Shown: positions 55,201-62,028 of the stretch, piece after piece
Layout: each line of letters begins with the position of its first letter
Numbering within the stretch: the first letter of the stretch is position 1
Assembly (NCBI GenBank): GCA_947305795.1
Contig: CAMZEK010000007.1
Location: 627-64,626 of the forward strand
Source: an uncultured Bacteroidales bacterium
GTDB taxonomy: Bacteria; Bacteroidota; Bacteroidia; Bacteroidales; F082
Reading direction: 5' to 3'
Length of the DNA: 64,000 nt
The notes under the pieces: generated by a model
The model's database searches: none
The model's input: only the letters and a program-made list of their open reading frames with translations
What the model was told of the DNA's origin: nothing
Position numbers and translations under genes: made by a program

Positions 55201-56899
55201 GGTCGGAATCAATGCTATAAGTCTCGACTTTATCAACAATCTCCTGCGTATTTTCCAAGGCGAAAGGCACATCGGAGAAGATTCGGCCCATCTCCTCGGG
55301 CGTCTTCAGCCATTCCTGCTTGGTGTAATGCATCCGCGTTGGGTCGTCCAAGTCCTTGCCCGTGCTAAGGCAGATGAGACGGTCGTGCGCCTCGCCGTGT
55401 TCTTCTTCCACAAAGTGCACGTCGTTGGTCGCGATGACCTTCACATCGTATTTCTTCGCCAACTCCAAGAGGATTTTGTTCACCTCCTTCTGGCGTTCGT
55501 AAACCTCGGTGTCACCGCCAGGCTTGTCGGTCTTATGTCGCTGGATTTCAAGATAATAATCCTCACCAAAAAGATTCTTGAACCATTGTATCGATTCCTC
55601 CGCGCCCTTGAGGTCACCGTTCATGATTTTTTGCGGCACCTCGCCCGCCAAGCAAGCCGAGCTGCAAATCACGCCCTCGTGATACTGCTCCAAAAGGCTG
55701 TGGTCGATGCGGGGATTATAGTAAAAGCCTTCCGTGTAGGCGATGGAACTCAACTTGCATAGGCTGTGGTAGCCAGCCTTGTTCTTCGCCAATAAAATAA
55801 GGTGCCAACCACGATCCTGACGACCGTCGCGTTTGTCAATGCTGATGGGCGCACAATAAGTTTCCATGCCAAAAATCGGCTTGAAAAACTGTCCGTTCAA
55901 TTGGTCAATTTCCGCTTGGGCGGCGGCTTTTTCCTCATCGGTGGCCTCCACCTTATTTAATATGGCTTTCTGTGCCTTGATGGCATCCTTCACCTTCGTG
56001 TTCTCTTTGTTCACCGTGTCAGCGAAGTCCTTGATACCAAACATATTACCATGGTCAGTGAGGGCGAGGCTATACATGCCGTATTTCTTGCATTTTTCCA
56101 CCAAGTCGGGTACCTTCGACATGCCATCGAGCATGGAATAATGCGAGTGGACGTGCAGGTGCGTGAAGTGCTTCGGGACATAGTTGCCGATTTCAGGCAC
56201 CTCTTCTCCCTCTTCTTCGTCAACGATAGGCTCAAAAGTAATTCCAGCGGGCTGAATCATCTCAGGATTGGCCGCCTTGAACTCCTCGATGAACTGCGCG
56301 TCAACGCCCAAGTCGTTGGCATCCAACACGCCACGACGCACCAATTCGAGGAACACGCGTGCTGTGGCCTCCACGTCGGCAGCGGCATTGTGCGCCAAAT
56401 CGAACTTCTCGCCAAACAAGATTTGGTGGAACTCCTCTAAACGTGGCAACTTGAACTTGCCGCCCTTGCCGCCAGGCAGTTGGCAAAACTCGGCTGTTTT
56501 TTCGGTGCAAGTGTCTACTTTCTGCCAATTGGGTAGCGGATTCTCGCCTTTCTTGCGCATGAACTCGCAGCCAAGAATACAGAGGTCGAAGTCGATATTA
56601 TGCCCCACAAAGCGCGTGGCTTTCGAAGCCGACTGCAGGAAAATATCAAGCACCTCGGCTAACGGCTTGCCGTGCTCGGAGGCATATTTAGTGGAGATAT
56701 GATGCACCATCTTGGCATCGATAGGAATCTCAAAACCCTCAGGCTGAACGATATAGTTGTGCGCCTCCACGAAGCGACCCTTGTCGTCATGAATTTGCCA
56801 AGCCAGTTGCACCATGCGTGGCCAGTTGTCGAAGTCGGTCAGCGGCGCGTTGTAGTTTTTGGGAAGACCTGTGGTCTCGGTATCGAAGACTAGAAACAT
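52286..56899 (-). CDS. dnaE: DNA polymerase III alpha subunit (DnaE) with N-terminal DEDDh 3'-5' exonuclease (DnaQ-like) domain
   Basis: 1537 aa. Residues 1-190 carry ExoI 'VFDTETTGL', ExoII 'GHNIDFDLCIL' and ExoIII 'HNAAADVEA'. The PHP domain starts at 'THLHVHSHYSMLDG' (about aa 245), followed by a canonical DnaE body ('GFPGYFLIV', 'GPGRGSAAGS', 'LPDIDVDF'). Confidence 0.9.
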   Translation of the reverse strand: MFLVFDTETTGLPKNYNAPLTDFDNWPRMVQLAWQIHDDKGRFVEAHNYIVQPEGFEIPIDAKMVHHISTKYASEHGKPLAEVLDIFLQSASKATRFVGHNIDFDLCILGCEFMRKKGENPLPNWQKVDTCTEKTAEFCQLPGGKGGKFKLPRLEEFHQILFGEKFDLAHNAAADVEATARVFLELVRRGVLDANDLGVDAQFIEEFKAANPEMIQPAGITFEPIVDEEEGEEVPEIGNYVPKHFTHLHVHSHYSMLDGMSKVPDLVEKCKKYGMYSLALTDHGNMFGIKDFADTVNKENTKVKDAIKAQKAILNKVEATDEEKAAAQAEIDQLNGQFFKPIFGMETYCAPISIDKRDGRQDRGWHLILLAKNKAGYHSLCKLSSIAYTEGFYYNPRIDHSLLEQYHEGVICSSACLAGEVPQKIMNGDLKGAEESIQWFKNLFGEDYYLEIQRHKTDKPGGDTEVYERQKEVNKILLELAKKYDVKVIATNDVHFVEEEHGEAHDRLICLSTGKDLDDPTRMHYTKQEWLKTPEEMGRIFSDVPFALENTQEIVDKVETYSIDSDPIMPIFPIPEDFGTEAEYRQKYTEEDLFNEFTRDEHGNVVLSQEEAEKKVKKLGGYKRLYRIKLEADYLAKLTWDGAHERYGKDLTEEQIERIKFELHVMKTMGFPGYFLIVSDYIRAAREELGVSVGPGRGSAAGSVVAYCLKITDLDPLKYDLLFERFLNPDRISLPDIDVDFDDDGRERVLDWVTRKYGKEKVAHIITYGTMAAKSAIADVGRVQKVPLPEVNKIKSYIPDRNFDEAAVKAVEGTLPKKMPKVNLKNCYKYIPELHELLTGKDENISSMLTYAEELEDTNRQIGIHACGVIIGADDLTNVAPVCTVKDKDTKEDVVVTQYDGHVIETVGLIKMDFLGLKTLTLIKDTLKNIKRTRGIDIDIDHIPIDDKLTYDLYCSGNTIGTFQFESPGMQKYLRELQPSVIGDIIAMNALYRPGPMDNIPDFIARKQGRQEIKYDFDCMEKYLKDTYGICVYQEQVMLLSRELADFTRGESDTLRKAMGKKQLAKMEELYEKFMKQGVAKLTQTENLPEAEVKKRLEKIWEEWKKFASYAFNKSHAACYSWVSYQTAYLKAHYPAEFMAAVLNNELGDIKQVNFMTEECKRMKIAVLGPDVNESQYEFSVNEKGEIRYGMGGIKNVGEAAVAGIVAEREANGKFKDFGDFVMRIADKGLNVRALESMGMAGCFDSFKGFHRAMLFNIAPNESATFSEKAMRMVASFNERKNSAQMDLFGFGDQGGVEETFSIPLPDCEPWSKMKELEMEKEALGFYISAHPMEVYHLPLRYFANCTVEQLKAAQNDPERNIRRAVRLGGQITRAEERISKNGNAYGSFTIEDQTGAFQFSLFKENYLNCKNLLVLNEFVMLYGTLQAPFPRPGQDPNIMPSTLDVRFTEAKLLDSLLENTTKTVYIKLDITEMNKPEMDMFIKTVKENAGKQNYKVHLFNSKTKKSCNMTPRNGGINAQNILPLFEKMPFVEFDLR

Positions 56900-56936
56900 A
56901 ATCAGTTGAGAGTTGATAGTTTAGAGTTGAAAGTTG
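56900..56936 (-). promoter_or_regulatory. five perfectly phased AACTNNN heptads abutting the dnaE start codon
   Basis: The minus strand reads AACTTTC AACTCTA AACTATC AACTCTC AACTGAT T ATG. On the plus strand AGTT occurs at 56904, 56911, 56918, 56925 and 56932. Confidence 0.5.
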
Positions 56937-56965
56937 AGGCAAAATCCACCTCAAAAATCAGCCTT

Positions 56966-56973
56966 CAAAGATA
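56966..56973 (-). promoter_or_regulatory. Bacteroidota -7 promoter box (TAnnTTTG)
   Basis: Minus-strand TATCTTTG about 66 nt upstream of dnaE ATG 56899. Confidence 0.45.
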
Positions 56974-57006
56974 CGTGATTTTGGGAAACGGTGCAAGATG
57001 CTTGGA

Positions 57007-57510
57007 CTATTTCTTTTTGAAATTATTCCACATCTGTTTCACCATGCCAGCGATTTCTTCCCAAAACCAAACTGGTTCCAGCACTTCCATAGCATCACCA
57101 TTTTTTCTGTGGATTGAGTTGGCATATTGCGTCAGCTCATTACGAAGTTCAGGTTGCAAAGAAGTGTAATGAATACAGGCCACAAGCCAATCGAGAATCA
57201 CTTGACGATAGGCTTTGCCTTTGTATTCGATGCGCGAGAGGGCTTCAGTACGTTGGTCATTGAGGGTTAAACTAATCCGATTGTGCCCATGTTCAACGGC
57301 CATACTTCTGCCCTGATTGTCGACAATCATTAAGCTGGGACTTACTTGAGCGGTTTCACAATCAAAAGAGAATGGCCTTTTCTGCCGTATCACTTCATTG
57401 ACGAAGGCATACATGAAGACACGACCCATGCCATGCTCATCCTCGTGACTTAGCAGACGGGCGATAGTTGTAGTGTTGAATGTTTTCGATGCTATCGTTT
57501 TCATTTTCAT
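57007..57510 (-). CDS. hypothetical protein, third gene of the FtsZ-like operon
   Basis: 167-aa ORF with an ATG start and a 4-nt overlap with the upstream gene. I recognise no motif. It has a basic amphipathic C-terminus 'WFWEEIAGMVKQMWNNFKKK'. Confidence 0.45.
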   Translation of the reverse strand: MKMKTIASKTFNTTTIARLLSHEDEHGMGRVFMYAFVNEVIRQKRPFSFDCETAQVSPSLMIVDNQGRSMAVEHGHNRISLTLNDQRTEALSRIEYKGKAYRQVILDWLVACIHYTSLQPELRNELTQYANSIHRKNGDAMEVLEPVWFWEEIAGMVKQMWNNFKKK

Positions 57511-58199
57511 TTCCTTTTAAGCCTTTTGAAAAACGCTCTTATTCTTGAGGTTCTCTTTGTCGTTTGTTGTGGCTCTGGCAGGGCACGGATTAGGCATTTT
57601 GCTACTTCCGCCAACAAGTCATCGGCCTTTGTGAAGGCTTGGTTTATGGGCAAGTCGCAGTATTGTGTTTTGATGTACTGGTTGTTGAGCAGGAAGAGAG
57701 CATCCGTGTTTCTTGCCAAGTTTTGAATTCCTTCCGAGGCTTGCGAGAATCTGCGTTCGCCTTCCAATTCGAATGGCAAAGTGGCAAGGGCAATGGTCGT
57801 GATGCCCATCTTTTTTGACTCACGGGCGATTACGGGAGCAGCACCCGTGCCGCATCCACCTCCAAGACAGGTGACAACAAAGGTCATAGAAGGTTTGTCG
57901 TCGAATAGTTTCTTTATTGCATCTGTGTTTTCTTCAGTCGCGATGCGTGCTTTTTCGGGGCTATTGCCGCTTCCAAGTCCGTCTGTGCCGAGTTGTAGGG
58001 TCGTGGTGGCGACTGATTTCTCGAGTACTTTGGTATCCATGTCGCAGGCTACAAAGGAGAAACCTTCCAAATTGCTTTGGCTTATATGGTTGACGATATT
58101 GTTGCCGCCACAGCCAACGCCGATTACTTTAACGGTTGGCTTTATCGTTGAGGTTGCTTTTTTGTTCATAGTCGTTGTATTGTTATGAGATTTCAACAT
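57507..58199 (-). CDS. FtsZ/tubulin-superfamily GTPase-domain-only protein
   Basis: 230 aa. 'KVIGVGCGGNNIVNHI', 'GLGSGNSPEKARIATEE', 'CLGGGCGTGAAPVIA', 'TLPFELEGERR' and 'DALFLLNN' are colinear with E. coli FtsZ residues ~10-200. It ends after helix H7 with the basic tail 'RTSRIRAFFKRLKRK'. An alternative start is ATG 58169. Confidence 0.7.
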   Translation of the reverse strand: MLKSHNNTTTMNKKATSTIKPTVKVIGVGCGGNNIVNHISQSNLEGFSFVACDMDTKVLEKSVATTTLQLGTDGLGSGNSPEKARIATEENTDAIKKLFDDKPSMTFVVTCLGGGCGTGAAPVIARESKKMGITTIALATLPFELEGERRFSQASEGIQNLARNTDALFLLNNQYIKTQYCDLPINQAFTKADDLLAEVAKCLIRALPEPQQTTKRTSRIRAFFKRLKRK

Positions 58200-58851
58200 T
58201 CAGTTCGATATTGAAGTCGCGCACCCAAAGGAGGTCGAAAATGGCGAATTCCATGTGCTCGAAAAGGTCGTGGAATGCGAATATAAGATGCATGTCTTTT
58301 GTCAGTTTTCCGTCTAAACCCTCGTTCCAATTGTCCGTTTCTTCACTCAAATATAGCATTTGATGTTCGGATTCTATTGTTGGGACGGGGGAATGATAGG
58401 TGTCAATTCGGAATTGTCCGAATCCGTTATGGTACAAAGGAATAAAGTCATCGATTGTTCCATTCAGTATGTCCCACATCCGTTTGGCGCGTTCGTCTTG
58501 AATGGGATGCAAAGGAGGATAGTCGTAGCCGAAATAGCATTTGCCCTCCACTTCGATGGTTCCTGGCAATTCTGCTTTGGCCACCGACTCATAAAGTGCT
58601 ATAGTGCGTTTGCGCATCTCTATCATCTGTTGCTTCATGGCCTCGTTGAAGTCCTTGAGCAGTTGCAAATAATAGTCGTCCATCACGAACATTTCGTTTA
58701 AGATGGTTTTCCTGATGCTCAAAAGGTTTTGGATGGTTACTCTTCCTGTTTCCATGCCCCACATGCCTTTCTCGCTCTGTCGCTGGCAGTCGAGAATCAT
58801 GTACTCCACCTTCCTGACCGGCTGTGAGTTGTAGATTTCTTGTATGGTCAT
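58183..58851 (-). CDS. hypothetical protein, first gene of the FtsZ-like operon
   Basis: 222-aa ORF with an ATG start. Its stop overlaps the FtsZ-like start by 17 nt. I recognise no motif. Confidence 0.45.
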   Translation of the reverse strand: MTIQEIYNSQPVRKVEYMILDCQRQSEKGMWGMETGRVTIQNLLSIRKTILNEMFVMDDYYLQLLKDFNEAMKQQMIEMRKRTIALYESVAKAELPGTIEVEGKCYFGYDYPPLHPIQDERAKRMWDILNGTIDDFIPLYHNGFGQFRIDTYHSPVPTIESEHQMLYLSEETDNWNEGLDGKLTKDMHLIFAFHDLFEHMEFAIFDLLWVRDFNIELNVEIS

Positions 58852-58869
58852 AGTGCGTTACGATTTAAC

Positions 58870-58915
58870 GATGCAAAGAAAAAGAAAGCCTGTGCCGAAT
58901 TGAAGCACAGGCTTG
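58870..58915 (-). repeat. 46-nt hairpin / T-tract / near -7 box cassette, copy 1
   Basis: The minus strand reads CAAGCCTGTGC-TTCAATTCG-GCACAGGCTT TCTTTTTCTTTGCATC. It lies 22 nt after the HAD gene stop and about 18 nt before ATG 58851. Confidence 0.85.
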
Positions 58916-58936
58916 ACGACAAATGAAAAATTGTCC

Positions 58937-59482
58937 CTAACGGTTCAAAATGTTTATGGCTTCATAGGCCTTTTGGATGGTTAATCCATCGTTTTCATCG
59001 GTTTGAACCAAATGTCCCTGCTGACTATGGAAGAAGATGTTTTCATCGTCGAGAATGACATATTGGAATGGCGGTGTTGCACATTTATGCAACCATGCCT
59101 GGATCTCGAGCGCTTTAGCATTGCGTTCCGGGACGGACAACATTTCGCCGCTTTTAGCATCTTTGTATGTAGTGCTCAGAAGGATTGGTGTCATTGAAAA
59201 CAACTCATCAGGAAGGTTGCGGTCTTTCCATAACGCCTGCATTTTTATCCAGCCTTCGTTTCGCCAAGTGGAGGAAAGAACGATTTTACAGCCAGTATGA
59301 TCAACAATGTATTTAAGATTGCTTATAGTTTTGGGGTCGAACATGGCACCGAACTCATCATAATGGTCGATGCCTTCTTCTCTGAGCAGTTTGGCATAAC
59401 TGGTAGTGTTCAACACGCCATCAAAATCGAGAAAGAGGTACGTTAATTCTTTCTTTTTTAGATAATCTTTAAGCATACTCAT
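58937..59482 (-). CDS. HAD-superfamily phosphatase, stand-alone 'Swiss Army Knife RNA-repair' type HAD domain
   Basis: Motif I 'LFLDFDGVLN', motif II 'IVLSSTWR', motif IV 'YVILDDE'. 181 aa with no cap-domain insert that I can see. Confidence 0.6.
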   Translation of the reverse strand: MSMLKDYLKKKELTYLFLDFDGVLNTTSYAKLLREEGIDHYDEFGAMFDPKTISNLKYIVDHTGCKIVLSSTWRNEGWIKMQALWKDRNLPDELFSMTPILLSTTYKDAKSGEMLSVPERNAKALEIQAWLHKCATPPFQYVILDDENIFFHSQQGHLVQTDENDGLTIQKAYEAINILNR

Positions 59483-59504
59483 AATAAAAGCTAATATGTT
59501 GCGA

Positions 59505-59550
59505 GATGCAAAGAAAAAGAAAGCCTGTGCGGAATTGAAGCACAGGCTTG
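59505..59550 (-). repeat. 46-nt hairpin / T-tract / near -7 box cassette, copy 2
   Basis: Identical to copy 1 at 45 of 46 positions; the only difference is in the loop. It lies after the PD-(D/E)xK gene stop and about 22 nt before ATG 59482. Confidence 0.85.
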
Positions 59551-59581
59551 GGGAAATGTGTGTATAGTTGGCTAAAAAAAA

Positions 59582-60796
59582 CTAATTGTCATTATCTTTG
59601 ACAATGGCAATAGTTTCTTCGAAATGTTGATACACTTCATCAAACTGTTCAATATCAAAACTTTTATACATTTCTTTGCGGTCATTGCTGTGCGGCAGAT
59701 GCTCTTGCTGATTAAGGTCGTCATGATGAGGCTTTTTAAGCCTCTCTACTGTTGAACCAATAAGTTCTCTGTCTTGAACGGGCAGATTAAAGTCAAAATA
59801 GAAACCACTATAAAACTGTGCCCCATCGCAACCGATAGAAACGACAGCTCGTTTCCCTCGTATTCCATCTATGTTATCGAACGTTACATCCGTTATTACC
59901 CACCCTTTTCCACTACCCTCACTAACTTTATTAGGCTCCAGTTTAGAGTATTTTTCTGCTGTTTTCTTTTTCCATGTTTCGTAAATGTTTTTGCGATAAT
60001 CCTCAATCATTTTATTCATTTGTTGAGAAACCTCATTAATACTATCGCTTTTTTCTCGCAAAAAAGAAATACATTCCTTATCGCTTTTTTCTGATAAGTC
60101 AAATTGCTTAATGATTAACTTTTGTAATTCTTTGTTCATTGGTTCGTCTATGTTTCTTATTTTGAATAATCCTTCGAGGTAATCAATATATTGAATGATA
60201 GCTGACTGTAGAAACTGTTCTTTGCACTCAATACACGGCATAACTTTGTCTTTCAGCCATGGTAAAATGTCATAGCAATAGGACAAATTTACATATCTTG
60301 AACGAAAGCTGTCTTTATATTCGCCCCATGATTGCGGCTCTGGCTCTTTGGGGTATTGGGAAAGATAGACGACAAAAATCTGGTTTTTGTTATAGTCATG
60401 CTTTAAGGTTTTCCCAATGTAGTTACTCAATTGAGCCTCTCTATCATCTGCATTATAGATTTTGTTCTCAAAAATAATGGCATAATTCTTATCCATTACC
60501 CATAAATCAATGCGTTCTTTCTCTTGTGTGATTTTTGGAGATTCAATAGTGATTTTGCCGAAATCTCCTGAAAGCCTTTCTTTAATTAGGTCTATTAAAG
60601 AAGTCAAAAAAACATATTTGCCATTTTCGTTTGTATAGGATAATAAATGCATCAAAATCCGGCTGTGAGCGTTTTCGTTGATGTGCAACTGGTCCACCAA
60701 ATTTAAATGAAAGGGTAACTTTTTCTGTTCTTCTTCTTTGATTTTTGAAAACTCAGATGCGAAATTCCATAAGTCTGATAATTGTTGTTCATTCAT
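59582..60796 (-). CDS. PD-(D/E)xK nuclease family protein (PDDEXK_4-like)
   Basis: 404 aa. N-terminal 'ENAHSRILMHLLSY' followed by 'RIDLWVMDKNYAIIFENKIY' (D...ExK core). The gene is AT-rich. Confidence 0.6.
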   Translation of the reverse strand: MNEQQLSDLWNFASEFSKIKEEEQKKLPFHLNLVDQLHINENAHSRILMHLLSYTNENGKYVFLTSLIDLIKERLSGDFGKITIESPKITQEKERIDLWVMDKNYAIIFENKIYNADDREAQLSNYIGKTLKHDYNKNQIFVVYLSQYPKEPEPQSWGEYKDSFRSRYVNLSYCYDILPWLKDKVMPCIECKEQFLQSAIIQYIDYLEGLFKIRNIDEPMNKELQKLIIKQFDLSEKSDKECISFLREKSDSINEVSQQMNKMIEDYRKNIYETWKKKTAEKYSKLEPNKVSEGSGKGWVITDVTFDNIDGIRGKRAVVSIGCDGAQFYSGFYFDFNLPVQDRELIGSTVERLKKPHHDDLNQQEHLPHSNDRKEMYKSFDIEQFDEVYQHFEETIAIVKDNDN

Positions 60797-60834
60797 ATTT
60801 AATTGTTGCTACTTTATTGTTGATATTCTGAAGA

Positions 60835-61248
60835 TTAATTCATCTTATTCCATTGGTGATACCCGCCCGAAGGGCAGTCAAATGCATTGGGCGACTTTGA
60901 GGCATACAACAGAAGGCCACATTTTTTGCATTGATAGACATCGGTGCCTATCGGACATAAATCTTGCCAATTATGGTAGCCTCCAGCAGTGCATCCAAAA
61001 GAAGATGGGGTGTTCTTGCTTTCAACGAGAAGACCGCATTTCTTGCATCGGTAGTTTTCGCAACCGACTTCGCCGAGGTCGTTCCAATCGTGGTAGTTTC
61101 CAGCCCGACAATTGAACGCATTGGGCTGTCGCTCTGTTTTAATCAGAATGCCACATTTCTTGCATTGATAGTTTTTCATAGGCGGCCAGGTTGGGTTTTG
61201 CATTTGTAAGCATAAAGCCAGTATGATATTTGCAGCAAAGGTAATCAT
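60835..61248 (-). CDS. protein with three tandem CCCH zinc-ribbon-like repeats
   Basis: 137 aa. Three ~39-aa units 'Y[QR]CKKCG[IL]L...P..F.C..G.YH.W' (C-x2-C-x14-C-x5-H). Hydrophobic N-terminus 'MITFAANIILALCLQ'. Alternative starts at M16 and M24. Confidence 0.5.
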   Translation of the reverse strand: MITFAANIILALCLQMQNPTWPPMKNYQCKKCGILIKTERQPNAFNCRAGNYHDWNDLGEVGCENYRCKKCGLLVESKNTPSSFGCTAGGYHNWQDLCPIGTDVYQCKKCGLLLYASKSPNAFDCPSGGYHQWNKMN

Positions 61249-61285
61249 TTCTATGAAACAAACGGGATTTTGAAAAAAACTGCGA

Positions 61286-61957
61286 TTACTTGACTATCCA
61301 GTATTCCCTCAAAAGTCTTTCAAACTTCTGTTTCCCGTTTCCGTTTCGATGATTCCACGAAAAGTGAACGGCAGGGTGATTGACGAAATCAATCGGAATA
61401 TCATAAGACAATCCATTCAAGCCCATGTACTTCATAAATTCCGAGTGTGCATATTTGCTGACGAATATGACTACATCAGGTTGGTCGAGTTCAATGATTC
61501 CACATAATGCGCTGCCTGCCACATCACGGTCCAATTGGGAGCAATCTTTTTTGAATGATCTATTGTTTTTCCTCACCGTGGCTGGACGCAGAAAATAATT
61601 ATAGAACATGGCCTCCTCATAGACATGCTCACAAAGTGTTTCTTTCAACACTTCATTCATGGATTTACACAATCTATCAAAAGTCTTATATCCTTTGTAG
61701 TTGCTTACATCTTCCTTTTTTACTTCTGGTATCAAATGTTGTTTGTCCGCACCCTTATACCACGCCTGTGGGTCTTTAAACACACTATCGACACCATCGT
61801 CAAAATAGTTGCTTTCTCCAACTATCAACAGTTTTTTATGTTTGGTGCTGTTCCAATAATTCTCCAAAGAAGCAGGAACGAGTTCGGTGAATCTCACGAA
61901 GATGCCTTCCTTGACAATCTGGTCTTTTCCGATGTTTACATACTTATTGTTTTCCAT
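61286..61957 (-). CDS. hypothetical protein with uracil-DNA glycosylase superfamily-like motif order
   Basis: 223 aa. 'KLLIVGESNYF' (cf. family-4 motif A GEAPG), 'FYNYFLRPA' (cf. N-x4-RP), 'QPDVVIFVSKYA' (cf. P-x-[IV]-[IV]-x-LG-x-x-A) and 'VNHPAVHF' (cf. motif B HPS/HPA). This is motif-order similarity only. Confidence 0.4.
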   Translation of the reverse strand: MENNKYVNIGKDQIVKEGIFVRFTELVPASLENYWNSTKHKKLLIVGESNYFDDGVDSVFKDPQAWYKGADKQHLIPEVKKEDVSNYKGYKTFDRLCKSMNEVLKETLCEHVYEEAMFYNYFLRPATVRKNNRSFKKDCSQLDRDVAGSALCGIIELDQPDVVIFVSKYAHSEFMKYMGLNGLSYDIPIDFVNHPAVHFSWNHRNGNGKQKFERLLREYWIVK

Positions 61958-62028
61958 ATTTTATTGATTTTATTGTATTTAGAGTTTGTTTTTCGTTTGT
62001 TTATTTATGTCAACTCGATCGTTTTTTC

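Noticed and set aside
57007-57510. Idea that the 167-aa ORF is the detached C-terminal domain of a split FtsZ.
   Set aside because: I find no NxDxxD T7-loop motif and no colinearity with the FtsZ C-terminal domain. Any resemblance ('TIARLLSHEDEHGMG' vs 'ADVRTVMSEMG') is too weak to claim.
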